Assembly (NCBI RefSeq): GCF_016433145.1
Contig: NC_058131.1
Location: forward strand, 27,708,992 to 27,772,991
Source of the DNA: Gracilinanus agilis
Taxonomy: Eukaryota
Length of the DNA: 64,000 nucleotides
Direction: 5' to 3'
The notes under the pieces were generated by a model. It was not told where the DNA came from. It saw nothing but the letters and a program-made list of their open reading frames with translations, and did not search any database. The position numbers were made by a program, and so were the translations under genes. Of this stretch, positions 24,500 through 37,679 are shown one piece after another. Numbering within the stretch: the first letter of the stretch is position 1; each line of letters begins with the position of its first letter.

Positions 24500-25890
24500 T
24501 CAAGGCACCTCCAATGAGCCTTGAAAAACACAACAATAAACACCCCCAAAACAAGGCAGCAGTAAACCAAAAAAGATAGGTCAGTAACATAACAAGTCCA
24601 CAATATGTCTACAAAATTGCATAGATCCTATCCCTAAACAAAGCCTTGGGAAGAAAGTCTAAAAGACAGAGAAAACAAAAAGATAAAAAGATACTGATAT
24701 CAGGCATGCCCAAGACAAAAACTCAGAAGACAATAACTATAAAACACTTTCAAGCAGTCTTAAATTAAGATTCAGCTCAGCCACAAGATCAATGAGAATT
24801 GCTAGAAGAATTAATCAAGGTGTTTTTTAAGAGTTTAAGTTATCTTGTTAATGAAATGAAAGCAAAAGAAGAAAGAACTGAAATTAAATGAGAGCTTTAT
24901 ATAGTATACTTCAAAAGAGAACCAATAGCTTAGTAGAGTAGGTACAACCAAGCAACAGACTCCCTGAAAATTAGAATGGATCAAATAGAAGTAATGAATC
25001 ATGAGACAAAATAAAGACTAAAATAAAATCAAAAGATCAAAAAATAGAAGAAATGTAATAAATCTTATATGGTATCAAAAACAACTGAAAATGTATCAAG
25101 AAAAAATTATTTAAGGATCATTGGTCTACTGAAAAGCCATGACCCAACTAAGTAGGTGAATTATCATATTTTAAGAAATCATGAAAGAAAACTTCTCAGA
25201 GATATTAGTCAGTCAATAAACACTTATTAATCACCTACTGTGTGCCAGGCACCATACTAAGCACTAGAGGATGCAAAGATAGGTAAAAGACCATCCATGT
25301 TCTCAAAGAGCTGACAGTTTAATGTGGAGGACAGTATGTAAATGATATTATACAGGCAAGATATTTACAAGGTAAATTGGAGATAATCAACAGAATGAAG
25401 GCACTAGATATATTAAGGATGAGGAAAGAATACCCCTAAAGAAGGAGGGATTTTAGCTGGCACTTGAAGAAACTCAGGAAAACCAGGAGGCGAAGATAAG
25501 AAAAGCTAGGACAGAGGGAAAATAGAAAGTATCCACCAATCATTTCCTATAAGAAACTTCAAAGAAAAAACTCCCAACAATGTGTTTCAGGCCAAAGGGA
25601 AAAAATATTACAGAGAGCAAGAAAGAAAGAGTGCCAAGGGTCCACATCACATAAGAATTAACAGTTACTACAATAAATGAGTAGAGAAGATAGAATAAGA
25701 TGATCTAAAAGGCAGCAGATATAGGCTTAGAACCAATAAGAACTTACCCAGTAAAACTGAGTATAATGTTATGGGAGAAGGATCTTTAATAAAATAGAGG
25801 ACTTCAGTCATTACAGATTAAATCACTGGAGCTAGGCAGAAACTTGAAATAAAGTAAGAGAATGAAGAGAAAAAAAGGTAAATTCAAGTG
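24500..25890 (+). mobile_element. Old L1 5'/ORF1 fragment with an L2 insert (about 25200-25520)
   Basis: A-rich ORF1-like sequence interrupted by the L2 3' signature (aataaacacttattaatcacctactgtgtgccaggcac). Confidence 0.6.
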
Positions 25891-27969
25891 AGTCAGAGCA
25901 ACTAAGTAACTCAGTAGATAGAAAGCTGGACCTGGAGACAGGAAATCCTAGGTCAAATTTGGATACATCCTATGTGTGTGCCCTGGGGAAGTCACTTAGC
26001 TCCCATTGCCTAGCCCTTACCCTTTTTCTGACTTAAAACTAATACATAATATTTCTAATATACATCATATTGACTCTGTGAGAGAGAGAGAGAGAGAGAG
26101 AGAGCAAAGATTTTTTAAAATTCAAATGAGCCAATGGGAAATAATAATATCTCATGGGGATGAATGGGATTATAAAAACATCATCTAAAAATTATAATGT
26201 CATTGAGGGTCGTAGACAGATACGATGGAGTACCTGGGACTGATTTGTCATATTTTTAATGTCTTCAAAGAAGAAATGAAAATGAGGGGAGAGAAAGCAT
26301 ATAATCTTTATTTGAGATTTGTCTCCCAATATGATGTTCTTTCTCATATGTATGCCACCAGGGACTCCTAAATGGTTAAAAAAAAAACCTATGTATGATC
26401 AAGGAGAGGAGATATCTGGGTAGAGTAGGGAAATCAAGAGATCCACCTCTGCCCCATCACTAGCCTCATGATCTTGTGAAAGAATCTTCACTTCTCTGAG
26501 CCTCATAATCTTCCTCTTAGAAATAGAATAGTGGACAGAATGATGAACTTGGAGTCCAGAAGACTAGTTCAAATCCTGCCTTGGACACTTACTAGTCATG
26601 TGATCCTGAGCATATCATTTATCCTTTCTCCACCTCAGTTTCCTTATATGTAAAATGGAGATAATTATAACTTATACCTGGTTGTAGTGGAGAACAAATG
26701 AATATTTGTAAAGCATTTTACAAATTTTTAAAGGGCTAGGTAAATGCTAGCTTTTATTATTGTTACCTTAACATGCACATATCCTCAAAGTCACGTAAGA
26801 ACATACCTCAAGGGAAATAGTCTCAAAGACAGGGAATCCTGGTTTCATATTCTACCTCTGCTATCTATTTGTTATGTGACACTGAATAAATCAATTACCC
26901 TCTTAATGCCCTAAAAAAACTCACCAAGGCTCTAAACTTCAAGGAAGGTGCCAACATGCATTAACAAAGGAGTCCCTCACTAGGAGTCCCAATGCTGTTG
27001 AAATCACAGGCTCAGCTGAAATATGAACACACACACACACATATATATGTGCAAATACATACATGTGCATGTGCTATTAGCTGTATATGTTGTTTCTTCC
27101 AATAGTATGTAGTCCCCTTAAAGATGGTTACTGTCTCATTTGTCTTTGTGTCCCCAGAGTCTTACACAGTGTCTGGCACACAGAGGTGCTTAATAAATGT
27201 TTGTTTCTTGATTGATCAATCATGTAAATCAAATCAATGCTCAAACTACACAGAATGAGAGGGTTTAGGAGGATTTTGGTCTGCTCCTATGAAGTTGCAT
27301 TCACACTGAAGAGGTCATGGATCCATTGAAGTCTTCAAATATGCTTCTCATAAATCAATATAAACAGGAGTTTGTGATTCTGTTGGTAGAAGAAGTCCTG
27401 GGGAGTCCTACCTGGGCAGTCTCAAACTAATCTAAGGCTTAGTAGATAATCTTAGATGGCTGCCTTAGCTTGAGGAAATTGTAGCTTGTCCACAGCTATT
27501 AGTTGTCAGAGTCCAGATTAAACCCAGGTGTCCTGACTCCAAATCTCAGAGCCTTCTACTGCAGCTTATTACCTCTGTACTCAGAGGGAGAACCAAGGCA
27601 GAAGAAAGATCAGAGCCAAGTCTCAGAAGTGGGAGGGAGAAAGGAGAGCATTAAGGTGAGAAAAGGGAACAGGATCTGGCTGGTATCAGGATAGTTCTTG
27701 GACAAAGCTTCTTCATATCCAGCAGGAATGAGCAAATAACATCTGCAGCTGAGGCTAGCAACAGAGGATATTCTAGAGTCTTTGAAGGTCCAATTGAATG
27801 TCTGAAAAAAAAAGTTATTTCTTTTCCCCTTTTCTATATGCATGAAAATAATTCTCCTCATATCTGGGCTCTACGAAATAGCTAACCAGGCCGGCTCCCT
27901 CTATATCCATTATCCCACTCATATTTCCTTTTGGAATTCCTATCCTGGATAGGTCAGTGTAAATGGATG

Positions 27970-28115
27970 NNNNNNNNNNNNNNNNNNNNNNNNNNNNNNN
28001 NNNNNNNNNNNNNNNNNNNNNNNNNNNNNNNNNNNNNNNNNNNNNNNNNNNNNNNNNNNNNNNNNNNNNNNNNNNNNNNNNNNNNNNNNNNNNNNNNNNN
28101 NNNNNNNNNNNNNNN
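27970..28115. other. Assembly gap (N run) at the gene B 3' end
   Basis: 146 N; may hide the last gene B exon. Confidence 0.99.
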
Positions 28116-28220
28116 NTCTCTCCCTGACCTGCCCCATGAATCACAAGGTTTTTGAGATTATGGATATTTATGGTTTGGGGTAACACTCCACTTTCCTCCC
28201 ATCCTACTCCAGCATCTCAC

Positions 28221-28253
28221 CTTCCATTGTAGCACACTCATGGATGCTGTAGC
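28221..28253 (-). CDS. Gene B cytoplasmic exon (33 nt, exon-6-like)
   Basis: Branch-like cactaat + tttttac AG acceptor, then GCTACAGCATCCATGAGTGTGCTACAATGGAAG|gtgaga. Phase 1/1, encodes (G)YSIHECATME. The length equals classical class I exon 6 (33 nt in HLA-A). Confidence 0.65.
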
Positions 28254-29229
28254 CTGTAAAAAAATTAGTGAGAGTCACAAAAAATGTGCAAAGGACAATG
28301 GACCTGGAGATGAGGCTCTTATATCCCCCCTTTTCAAAGCAAGAGCACACTTGATGGCTGCCTGCACCCTCTCGAGATACAAGGACTGTGCATCTCCCAA
28401 ACCAGACTGGGAGCTGCCTGTGCAGAGCAACCATTTCCCCAGGATGTTGCTTAGTTTTTATCTCTCCTCAAGTAAAGCCTCCAACACTTCTCCTTGGGCC
28501 AATGATTTTCATTATGTATTAAGAAAATGAAATAAATGAGATCATAAGTAACAGGTGGCACAAAGATGGATGGAAGAGCTACTATGTTGGATGAGCATCA
28601 AGATCCAAAGGGAATAAGATGGGTTAGAAATATAGGTCAAAACTAATATGATGACATATATAAAATCACCTGTAAAGCTTCTAACAGCAGGACTGGAGAA
28701 GCATGATTCTCTAAGAGTAGATGTGAGGAAAAAAAGATCTGGGGGATTTTGGTCAGAATGCAAACTCAGTTTGAGTCAGTGAATAGACACAGTAGTTGAA
28801 AAAATAAACATGATTTTAGGCTAGATTAAGAGAAAAGGCCGGTGGGAAACTGATGACCTCACTGTCCTTTGCCCTGGTCATTCCTTATTTGGTTTTGTAG
28901 TCAAGACCACTTTTATGAAGTACCCTGGCAACATATAACATCCAGAAATCTACCATGATAGGATAGGGAGAGAACTAGAAACTATGTCATATAAAGTTGG
29001 AAGGAAATGGGGGCTTGTGGCCTGGGGAAGAGAATACTGGGGGTAGCTGTCACACAGAAGAGGGATTAATTTTTTTCTACATTGAGGGGAGGTAGATGGG
29101 AGGCAAATTTTCTTTGGATGACAAAAAATATTTAACAGAATATTCCAAAAGTAGATTGGGACAATACATGAGGTAATGAGATTTCCATCCCTTTTGAATG
29201 AATTTGAGACAAGTTGAGCTAATGAAAAA

Positions 29230-29900
29230 GTATAATTTAGTCAGGTACTATAATGATAGGGATGCTCAAGACATAAACCCAGAAGAAGGGCACAACTCCA
29301 AGATGTCTGCAAGCAAAGCCTCAAAAAAAATCCCAAACAAACAGATTGGAGAGAGATTAAACTAGAATTCCTAGGGGAGCTGAGGCAAAAAAAAAAAAAA
29401 AACAAAACAAAAAAAAAAAAAACCTTTTTAAAAGAGAGTTGAACTGTGTGACCCTGGGCAAGTCACTTGACCCCCATTGCCTTAAAAAAAAAGGGAGTTG
29501 AAGATGTTTTTGGAAAAGAAATTAGATCTATGAAATAGATGAACAGATTGGCACAAGAGGTCCAAAGATTTTCACAAACAATAAACTCCTAGAAAATTAG
29601 AATGGCCAAATGAATGTTAATGATGAAATGAAAAAAGAAGAAACACTAAAAAAAAATCAAAAACTGAAAAAATAGGGGGGGAATATAAGGTATCTTATAG
29701 CAAAAACAACTGGTTTAGAAAACAGATTGAGGAAAGATAATTTAAGAATAATTAGACTACTTGAAAATCATGACCTACCTCCCTCCAAAAAAGAACCTTA
29801 ACATCAAATCTCAAAAAAAAAAAAAAAAAAAACTTAATAGAAAAGTTTCCAGATCTCTTAGATCCAGAGGGTAAGGTGGAAATAGAAACACAAATCTCTT
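29230..29900 (+). mobile_element. L1 ORF1-region fragment in gene B intron 5
   Basis: A-rich L1 ORF1-like sequence similar to 39140-40310. Confidence 0.6.
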
Positions 29901-30001
29901 CTTGATTTCCACACCCTCACAAAGTTGGTGGAAGATCAATATTTCCTAGCCCTTTCTAACTTACAACTCTTGTTCCTTTCTCTCTCTCCTCATATACATA
30001 C

Positions 30002-30118
30002 CTGTCTTTATTTTATGCCACATGATGAAGGAAACAATACAGCTCAAAACCAGAATGACAACACCCAGGATGGTCAGAGTCAAGGTCCGAGACCTCTTTT
30101 TAGAAGATTTCACATGGA
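30002..30118 (-). CDS. Gene B transmembrane exon (117 nt)
   Basis: Not in the ORF track. cacag|TC ... G|gtatgt; (V)HVKSSKKRSRTLTLTILGVVILVLSCIVSFIMWHKIKT is a hydrophobic helix followed by a basic stop-transfer segment. Same length as the gene C TM exon. Confidence 0.92.
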
Positions 30119-30295
30119 CTGTGACAGCAAGAAGAAGAGTATAAAGGGAATAAAGTTAATGTGAGTAGAACTCTTCTGGGAATCTTCCCCTATATGTATA
30201 TTCTGAAGGAGATAGAAGAAGAGGAGTGCATTAATAGTATTTCATAGCCAGTTCTTCCTGGGGCTCAGACTAACAAACTCAAGTTTAGCTCTCAC

Positions 30296-30574
30296 CAGGA
30301 TATACTTTTGGTGTTCCCAGCTCAATATGTTCCACTACACAACCGTAATTGGTCACTGTTTCCTCTGGTGGGAGCTCAATGAAGACTCGTTGGTAGAAAG
30401 TGGAATCTGCGTTGGGCAAGAGCCCACTGGAACTCTCCTTCCCAACCACAATTTTCTTCTCCTCTTTCTGCCAGTGCAACAGGATAGAGCTGGGGTAGAA
30501 GCCAGTAGCAGAGCAGGAGAGAGTAGTAATGCCATCCATGGCTTCATGATAGGACACAGTCACGTCAGGGGGCA
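30296..30574 (-). CDS. Gene B alpha3 exon (279 nt)
   Basis: tttag|TG ... G|gtgaga; (V)PPDVTVSYHEAMDGITTLSCSATGFYPSS...LPNADSTFY...YGCVVEHIELGTPKVYP has the Ig C1 Cys pair and the YxCxVxH motif. Confidence 0.96.
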
Positions 30575-31169
30575 CTAAAGGTAGAGGTCAGGAGAGAAGG
30601 CATTATGTGAAAATCTCAGTAGTATTTTTGGTTCCCATTGTCTCTTCTTTTCTTCATTTCCCTTTTTGTTCAATACACAGGGTGAACCTATGGCATGCAT
30701 GCCAGAAAGGACACTCAGAGCCCTCTTGGTGGGCACATGTGCTGTCACCCCAACACAGGATTCACCAGAGTTCATTATTATAAAGCCAGAGGGTTGTGGA
30801 GCTGGGATGCTCCTCTCCCCCTTGCCTGAGAACATTTCTCACATCACCCATCGCTCTAAAAGGTTCACCATCACTGCCCTAGTATTTTACAGGCATAATG
30901 TCTTGGAGGGTAAGGTACTACACGATCCATTTTATACTCTCTCTGTGTCTATTTTATACCTCTCCAGTGTCCTCTGCACACAGAAGACCTTCAACAAATG
31001 GTTGTGAATAGTAACAGCAAAAATATCAACAGATTTCTAACCCAACTAAACTATTGACCATCCTGTCTATTACAACAGGTTAAAAACCAGAACTTCTTCA
31101 ATATTTCCTAGTGTTCATGTCCATGATTTATCCATGTGCTTATACCATTCATTGGTGCAGATCACAGAC

Positions 31170-33110
31170 CCTCAAGTTCACAAGCTTGGCATACAAATTC
31201 ACAACTTGCCAAGCTATAGCAGTGTTATGTGATTTCAATTATCCAGATATCCACTGGATCTCTGTTTCTACAAAAGACAAACCAGCTGGTAATATGGAGA
31301 CTTGCCTTCATTATAAATTCTTCCTTCAAAATGTGGAAGAAGCAACCAGGTGAAGTTATTTGTAGATAAAATTTTCATTAAAAGTGAAGAATTGATTGCT
31401 GGAGTGTTGTGATACAAACATGGAGAGGAAGTGATGACTCCCTTCTTGACTTTGTGATAGATGTCTAGGAATTTGGGCTGGGCTGGTATGCCCTCAACAC
31501 TCTGGAAGAATAGACTTCAAAGGGTTCAGAGGAAAGCTAATCTCATGGACTAAAATCTGCAGAGGAAGCCAGCCCATAAAAAGAAGCATTCTAAAGTAAG
31601 ATTTTGAAGAAACCAAAGGAAACCATTCATATAAAGGAGAAAAAGAGAAACTGTCTGAATAGATTGATGAAGATACATAGGTAACTCTCTAACCAAGAAA
31701 TTTTTTTTAACGCTTACCCTCTGTTTTAAAAACAATAGTGAATATGGATTCCAGGGCAGAAGAGCAGTAAGGGCTAGGCAACGGGAGTTAGTGACTTACT
31801 CAAGATCACATAGCTAGGAAGTGTCCAATGCCAAATTTGAACCCAGAACCTCCCATCCATAGGCCTAGCTCTCACTACACTACACCATCTAGCTGCCCCA
31901 ACCCAATAGAATTTTAAAAGAAATATACAGAACATGGAATCTGGGACAAGTAATAAATGATGATGGTACCACCATTAGAAGAAGTGTCAGGAAGGCTAAG
32001 AGGCAGCTTAAGCTTAGGCTCATGATGAGGAAAGCAATGGACAACAACAAGGAGTTTTTAAAGTAATATTGGGGGAAAGGGATTATTAAAGAAGTCATAT
32101 TGTGATTATTGCTTAAGAGTGGTTGGAATAATAATGACAATAGAGAGAAGGCAGACATGCTTATTTTGTTGCTGTTTTTCTGCCAAAGAGAGTCATATTT
32201 ACAGGAGATCAGAAAAGAAAAATGACTAATAGAGAGTTGAAACAAAAATAAAAATCAGAATGGATAGATTTATATAATACTTGGTTTCTTTTTTTTTTAA
32301 TCATTGTAGTAGTAGTACTTTGGTGGTGGTGGTAGTAGTAGTAGTGGTAGTAATATTTATATAACACTTTAATGTTTTCAAAGAACAATGCAAATATTCT
32401 CATTTGATCCTTACCTGGTCCAGAAGAACCATGTTCTTGGGCCCTGGAAGTACTAGCAAAGAAAATGGCTCTTCTATTGATAATAAGTCCATGACAAATC
32501 ATGGACATATTCTCCATGGAGAATGGAGCAGGTACCATAGGATTAAAGGAAGGTAATTGTTTCCCTGATTCTTTAAAAAAAGAAGATGAGTCTACAAGTT
32601 CAAGCTTGACTTGGATTCCTGTGAAGATTCTAAAAGGGTTCCTTAAAGAGATGGTTGATGAAGACCTAAAAAGGAAGTTATAATTACAAAGAGCTAGCTT
32701 GGCTTCATCAAGAGCAGGTTGCCAGACTAACCTCATTTTCTTTGTTGGCAGCATTGCTAAATTAGGAGATGAAAGAAATGCTATGAATATAGTTTACCTG
32801 GATTTAAATATTTACCCAAGGAAGCATTAGGCTCAAAGAATATGTATAAATGGCTCAATGTTGACTTGGCCAGAGGTCTCCATTTTCATTAATGACCAGA
32901 GAGAAAGTATAGATGCTTTCATCATATTTGAACATGACATGAAGGGGTAAGGAGTAGATAGTTAACACATGGGATGACAGGGTCAGGATCCAGAAAGACC
33001 TTGACAGGCTAAAACATTAGACTAGAAATTATTTGGTGCAATTCAATAGGATTCATGTAAATGGCTTTAAATAATCCAGTTCACTAGTAGAAGAAGGGAA
33101 AAGCATGGCT
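31170..33110 (+). mobile_element. CR1/L3 LINE (endonuclease + RT remnants) in gene B intron 3, with SINE insert 31706-31900
   Basis: VLCDFNYPDIHW (CR1 GDFNxPxIxW) and ggcttcatcaagagcaggttgccagactaacctcattttc (GF..RxCQTNLI) motifs. Confidence 0.8.
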
Positions 33111-33558
33111 AGGAAGTTATTTCTCTACTTTATAGTCAATTAGTCTTTGTGAGTTGGTGTAGGTCAGTATCATCCTCCTCTCCCCTTTGATGATGAACAT
33201 CTCTACCTTTATCTGCACTAGTTATTAAGAGAAACAAAGACAAATAGTGACAGGGAGATAGAGTCTGTCTTTGAGCCTCAGTTTCCCTAACATGATGGGA
33301 CAAAGCAGAGCTTGTGCTCAGAAGGCACAGATTGAGAATCATGAGGGTTACTTCCACATGCTGATGACACTAAGAGAATGAGTATGATCATACACGATAA
33401 CAATCTCTCTCCTTTCTCTGTCACTGATTTTTTTCCCCATAGTGGTCAGAGCTAAAGCCAGGACCCAGTTCTTTGACTTCCCACACACACCAGAGCATCA
33501 GCCACTAAAGTAACCTCGACATCCTGATGGAAATTGGACAGAAAGACCAGGTACTCAC

Positions 33559-33825
33559 CATTTTTCTTTATACTTGAGTGCTGTAGAATTTTTTTCATGG
33601 TGTTAATACAATATTCTTGCATGTAGTGTTTCCTCTGAGTGGTCCACAGGTTACTTGTCAGCATGGGTTTGAAGGGCTCAGCCTCAGGCACCATGATAAA
33701 CCAATCCCCGTACTCTTCATCCAGCCAGCAAAAATCCTGACCATCCACAGCAATCTGGATTTCATTTCCTAGCAGGTTGTTCCTCTCAAGTTCGCAAAGT
33801 ATGAAGAGTTGCACCGTGCGGTTCA
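33559..33825 (-). CDS. Gene B alpha2 exon (267 nt)
   Basis: tacag|TG ... G|gtgagt; (M)NRTVQLFILCELE...VDGQDFCWLD...LWTTQRKHYMQEYCINTM...KKN. Confidence 0.95.
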
Positions 33826-34868
33826 CTGTAGAGGCAGGTTTGGAGGTGATGGTCGTGAAGTGAGATGTGCATATCTGGTCAGTAGGACCAGGATTTGAAT
33901 CCCAGCTCTGACATTTATTATCAAGATAATCTCAGGAAAATGACTTCACCTCTCTTTCTCAGTATTCTCACTCATCAAATAGAGATGATGTCACTTCCCT
34001 TCCTCTATACAGAATTATTGTGGAGGAAATTATATATTGAAAGCAAGATAGAGATGTGAGTTGCTAGATTGACATCCCAGGGAGGGAGGCATACAAGGAG
34101 GCAGGAAACCTCAAGGTGTCCAATATCATAAAAGATTAACTTTGGGGATCTTTAAGGACAGCCTTTTGATGTAAATTCCTTGAGCTCCTAAAGGGACCAG
34201 GTGCTCCCTACTCATGAAAAGTCATGATCAAGGTAAACTGAAGACATGGAGTTAAGAAAGAATTGAGTAAGAGCTTCATGTCAGTCTGGGTTAGCCAGTT
34301 TTCTATTATATGACTTCCAATCACCTTATCTAAATGTTTTACTTCTGAATTTTGAATATGCCCTTTTTTTACATGAGTAATTTCTAGAACAACCCACAGG
34401 TGGTTGTGAGCATGTGGAGGAGACCCGCTAGAAAGGAGCAGTTGGAAGTAACTGCTTAGATAAGGCCCTGAAATGCAGTCACAGTGACAGAAGAGCACAG
34501 ATGGTGATTTGTTGGTAAGTTTGTACAGCAAATCTCTGAGCACAGAACCAGGAGAGAACAGGGAGAGTTAGTTGCTTCAAGTTGATATTCAATGATTGGG
34601 AAAAATGTAGAGGAAAATGGTAACCCTCAGGATGAAGACCATCTCCCTGGATGCTTGGCACATAGTAGGCTCTTAATAAATGTTTATTGATTGGCCAGTT
34701 CCAAGAGAAGTAGCCAGTGTCCTGGGAAGCTGGTGTTCCTGGTCCTTTCCCTAGAGTGCTCTGAGATCACTCAATAGTATGGCCTCCTGGAAATTGGGCT
34801 CAATGGAGGCAGAGAGAAAGAAGGATGGGGGAAAAAGGCATGGAAGAAGGGAAGAGGAGCTAACTTAC

Positions 34869-35129
34869 TGTCACTCTTGGTATTGTTCTGCATCAACTTC
34901 CTCAAGAACCATAGGAAACTCTTCTCATGGTCCACTAATTTCTGCCAAGTCTCTTCCATGAACTTGGCCCCCAGGACCTGTGAGATCCAGGCCTCCTTGG
35001 CCATGAGCTGATGGTTATATTTGTTAAAGGAGAGCACCTGTACATCATCCAGAAAGTCCACAATAAAGTATTCTGAGAGGGAGCTTCCTGTGCCCACTGC
35101 TGTGAACTGTATCACATGTTTGTGGTGAG
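34869..35129 (-). CDS. Gene B alpha1 exon (261 nt)
   Basis: tgcag|CT ... A|gtaagt; (A)HHKHVIQFTAVG...LDDVQVLSF...AWIS...QNNTKSD. Confidence 0.95.
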
Positions 35130-35464
35130 CTGCAGGACAGGAAGGAATGGGGAGAAAAGAGAAAAGGGGATCAGTATGTGAAGACCCAGAACTCATGTGC
35201 CTTCTCCCACTCATCCCTTCATCCTCCTGCTACTTGGAAGGCAGTTAAGTCTCCCTAGATCACTTAGATCTGAATAGCACAGAATAGAATGAATAGAATA
35301 GCCCCAGTAGATAGTGTGCTGAACGTAGTCAGCCAGACCATGGTTCTAATCCTACCTCAGACACTTACCATCTAATCATACTGGGCAAATCATTTAACCT
35401 CTGTGTTGACCCATCTATAAAATGAAGAAATCAGACTTGAAAGGTTCCAAAGGTTCCTTCCAGC

Positions 35465-36240
35465 TATGTGCTAGGCACTCTGCTAAGCATTGAAGATAAA
35501 AAAAAAGAGGCAAAAGATGGTCCCTGCTTTCAAGAAACGTGATTGAATAAGAAGACAACAAGCAAACAAGTACATACAAATAAGCCACAGAGCAGATAAA
35601 TAGAAAACGATCAACACAGAGAAGGTATTAGAGTTCAGAAGAGTTAGGAAAGACTTCATGTAGAAGATGAAATCTTGGTTGGGATTTAAAGGAAGCCAGG
35701 GAAGTCAGAAGATGGAAATGAGGAGAGAGAGCTTTCCAGGGATGGAGGACAGTCAGAGAAAATGCCCAGAGCCAAGAATGTCTTGTTCATGGCAAAGCCA
35801 AGAGATCAGTGTCACTGGATCAGAGAATGTGATGGGGAGTGAAAAGACTAGAAAGCAAGGAGGGGACAAGGTTGTGAACAGCTAGGAAAGCCAAAGGGAG
35901 CATTTGATCCTTAAGTTAATTAGGGAACCGCTGGAGTTTATTGATGAGAAAGTGACATGGTTATCCTGTGCTTTAGGAAAATCACTTTGGTGTTGAATGG
36001 AGGATGGATGAGAGCAGGGAGAAACGTGAGGCAGGCAGATTCACTCACCTGTGGGCTACTGCAATTATCCATGTGTGAAGTGATGGGGAACTGCACTAGC
36101 ATGATAGCAGTTTCAGAGGAGAAAAGGAGATATGTTTAAGAGCTATCGGTCGGACTTGGTGAGTGAGAGCTGGCAAGGAATCCAAGATGACTCCTAGGTT
36201 GAGAACCTGAGAGACTGAGGACGGTATTGCTCCCTATAGT
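35465..36240 (-). mobile_element. L2 fragment in gene B intron 1
   Basis: ctatgtgctaggcactctgctaagc... L2 3' signature and a purine-rich antisense body. Confidence 0.7.
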
Positions 36241-36319
36241 AAGAGTGAAGGTGGGGAGGGATTAGGAGGAAAGTTAATGAAGGAGGGTATGGCTGAGTAA
36301 GTTATGGTATTTGATTGTA

Positions 36320-36790
36320 ATGGAATACTATCATGCTATAAGGAATTTTTTTATAAGGATTATTTCTGAAAAACCTGGAAAGAGCTACATGAACTGATGC
36401 AAAGAGATGTGAACAGAGCCAGGAGAACATCACACACACAAACAGTAATATTGAATGATGAACATTGCGAATGACTTAGCTGTTTCTAGCAATACAGTGA
36501 GCCAAGACAATCCCAAAGGACTCTTGATAATAAATGCTGTCCACCTCCAGAGGAAGGCCTGATGGAGTCTGAATAAAGACCAAAACATACTTTAGTTCAC
36601 TTTCTTTCTTCATTTTCTTTTGTTTTGTTAGAGTTCTCTTACACAAAATCACTAACATGGAAAAATGTTTTGTTATTACATATATAAAATCTACATCAGA
36701 TTTCTGACCATCTCAGGGAGAGGGAAGGGAAGGAAGGAAGATAGAGAATTTGGCTCAAACATGTTTTAATGAAGTTTAAGATCGTTTTAA
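36320..36790 (+). mobile_element. Old L1 3' end
   Basis: gaactgatgcaaagagatgtgaacagagccaggagaaca... L1 ORF2 C-terminus/3' UTR. Confidence 0.7.
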
Positions 36791-37663
36791 TATGTAGTTG
36801 AGGAAAAAAGAAAATATTACAAAATGATGCAGTGAGCTCTTCACTATTGGAGGTCTTCAAGCAGAGGCTGAAAGAACACTTGGTAGGAGATGTTTTGGAG
36901 AGTGAGAATTCTTACTCTGGTATGGATGGGCTTGACTTGACAGAGTCATGTTGATATAGCATTAGGAAATGTTTAAGCGGATAAATAAAATATAAAACAA
37001 TATAATGTGGATTGATGGCTTCATAAGTCCATTTGCTGCCACAAGGATTAATTTCTAAGTGGATTTGATAACATTAGACTAGATTATTGCTAGAACTCAT
37101 ATAAATTCTGTTTCTAGGGTCATTTCCATCCCTTGAAAGGTACCAATAGGAGCAGATGACATGGCAATCAAATAGTCACAGAGTTGAGGAAACATTCTCT
37201 TTTCCTTTCACCAAGGGGAGAGGAAGTACCTTGCTAAGAAAGAATCCTGATCTTTAATTTCTAGTTTTAATAATGTTATGATCCTATAAAACCATTAAGT
37301 AATAGTCTATTGTCATACATGGTGGGAGATGAAGTTTTTATTCCATTCACTCCCTGGAGAAGAGTGGTGAAAGAAGGAAAGAGGAGGGAGAAATTCGAGG
37401 GCACCGAAAAGAGGAACCTTGAGGTTCATAGCCCAGTCAACAAGGCAGATGGAAAAGAATCAGGTTCAGGGGCCCCATCAACTCTACCAACCAATCCAAT
37501 CAACTTGAAGACATTAATAAAATTAAGGGGGAGAGGCAGGTTATCATCTATCTACTTGTTTAAAGGCCTGTTTTTTATTTGTTTGCCTCCAAGTGTCTTG
37601 AAAGATTCTAAACCTGCTTAAACTAAATTAAAAAGGGGATGTATAAATGAAGTAGAACCAACA

Positions 37664-37679
37664 TGCCCTCTTGTGGCCA
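37664..37679 (-). promoter_or_regulatory. CTCF-like motif in gene B intron 1
   Basis: Reverse complement TGGCCACAAGAGGGCA resembles the CTCF core. Confidence 0.35.

Noticed and set aside
22992-28186. ORFs containing long X runs
   Set aside because: They are artefacts of N gaps 23072-23210 and 27970-28115.
28542-28763. Hydrophobic ORF with an acceptor-like tttacag|G near 28670 as an alternative gene B tail exon
   Set aside because: It would add a second hydrophobic segment. The 33-nt exon at 28221-28253 has better splice signals and the canonical size.
32209-32754. Longest ORF in the track (181 aa, minus strand)
   Set aside because: It is antisense to a decayed CR1 RT region and runs through a TAG/TGG microsatellite, so it is not a gene.
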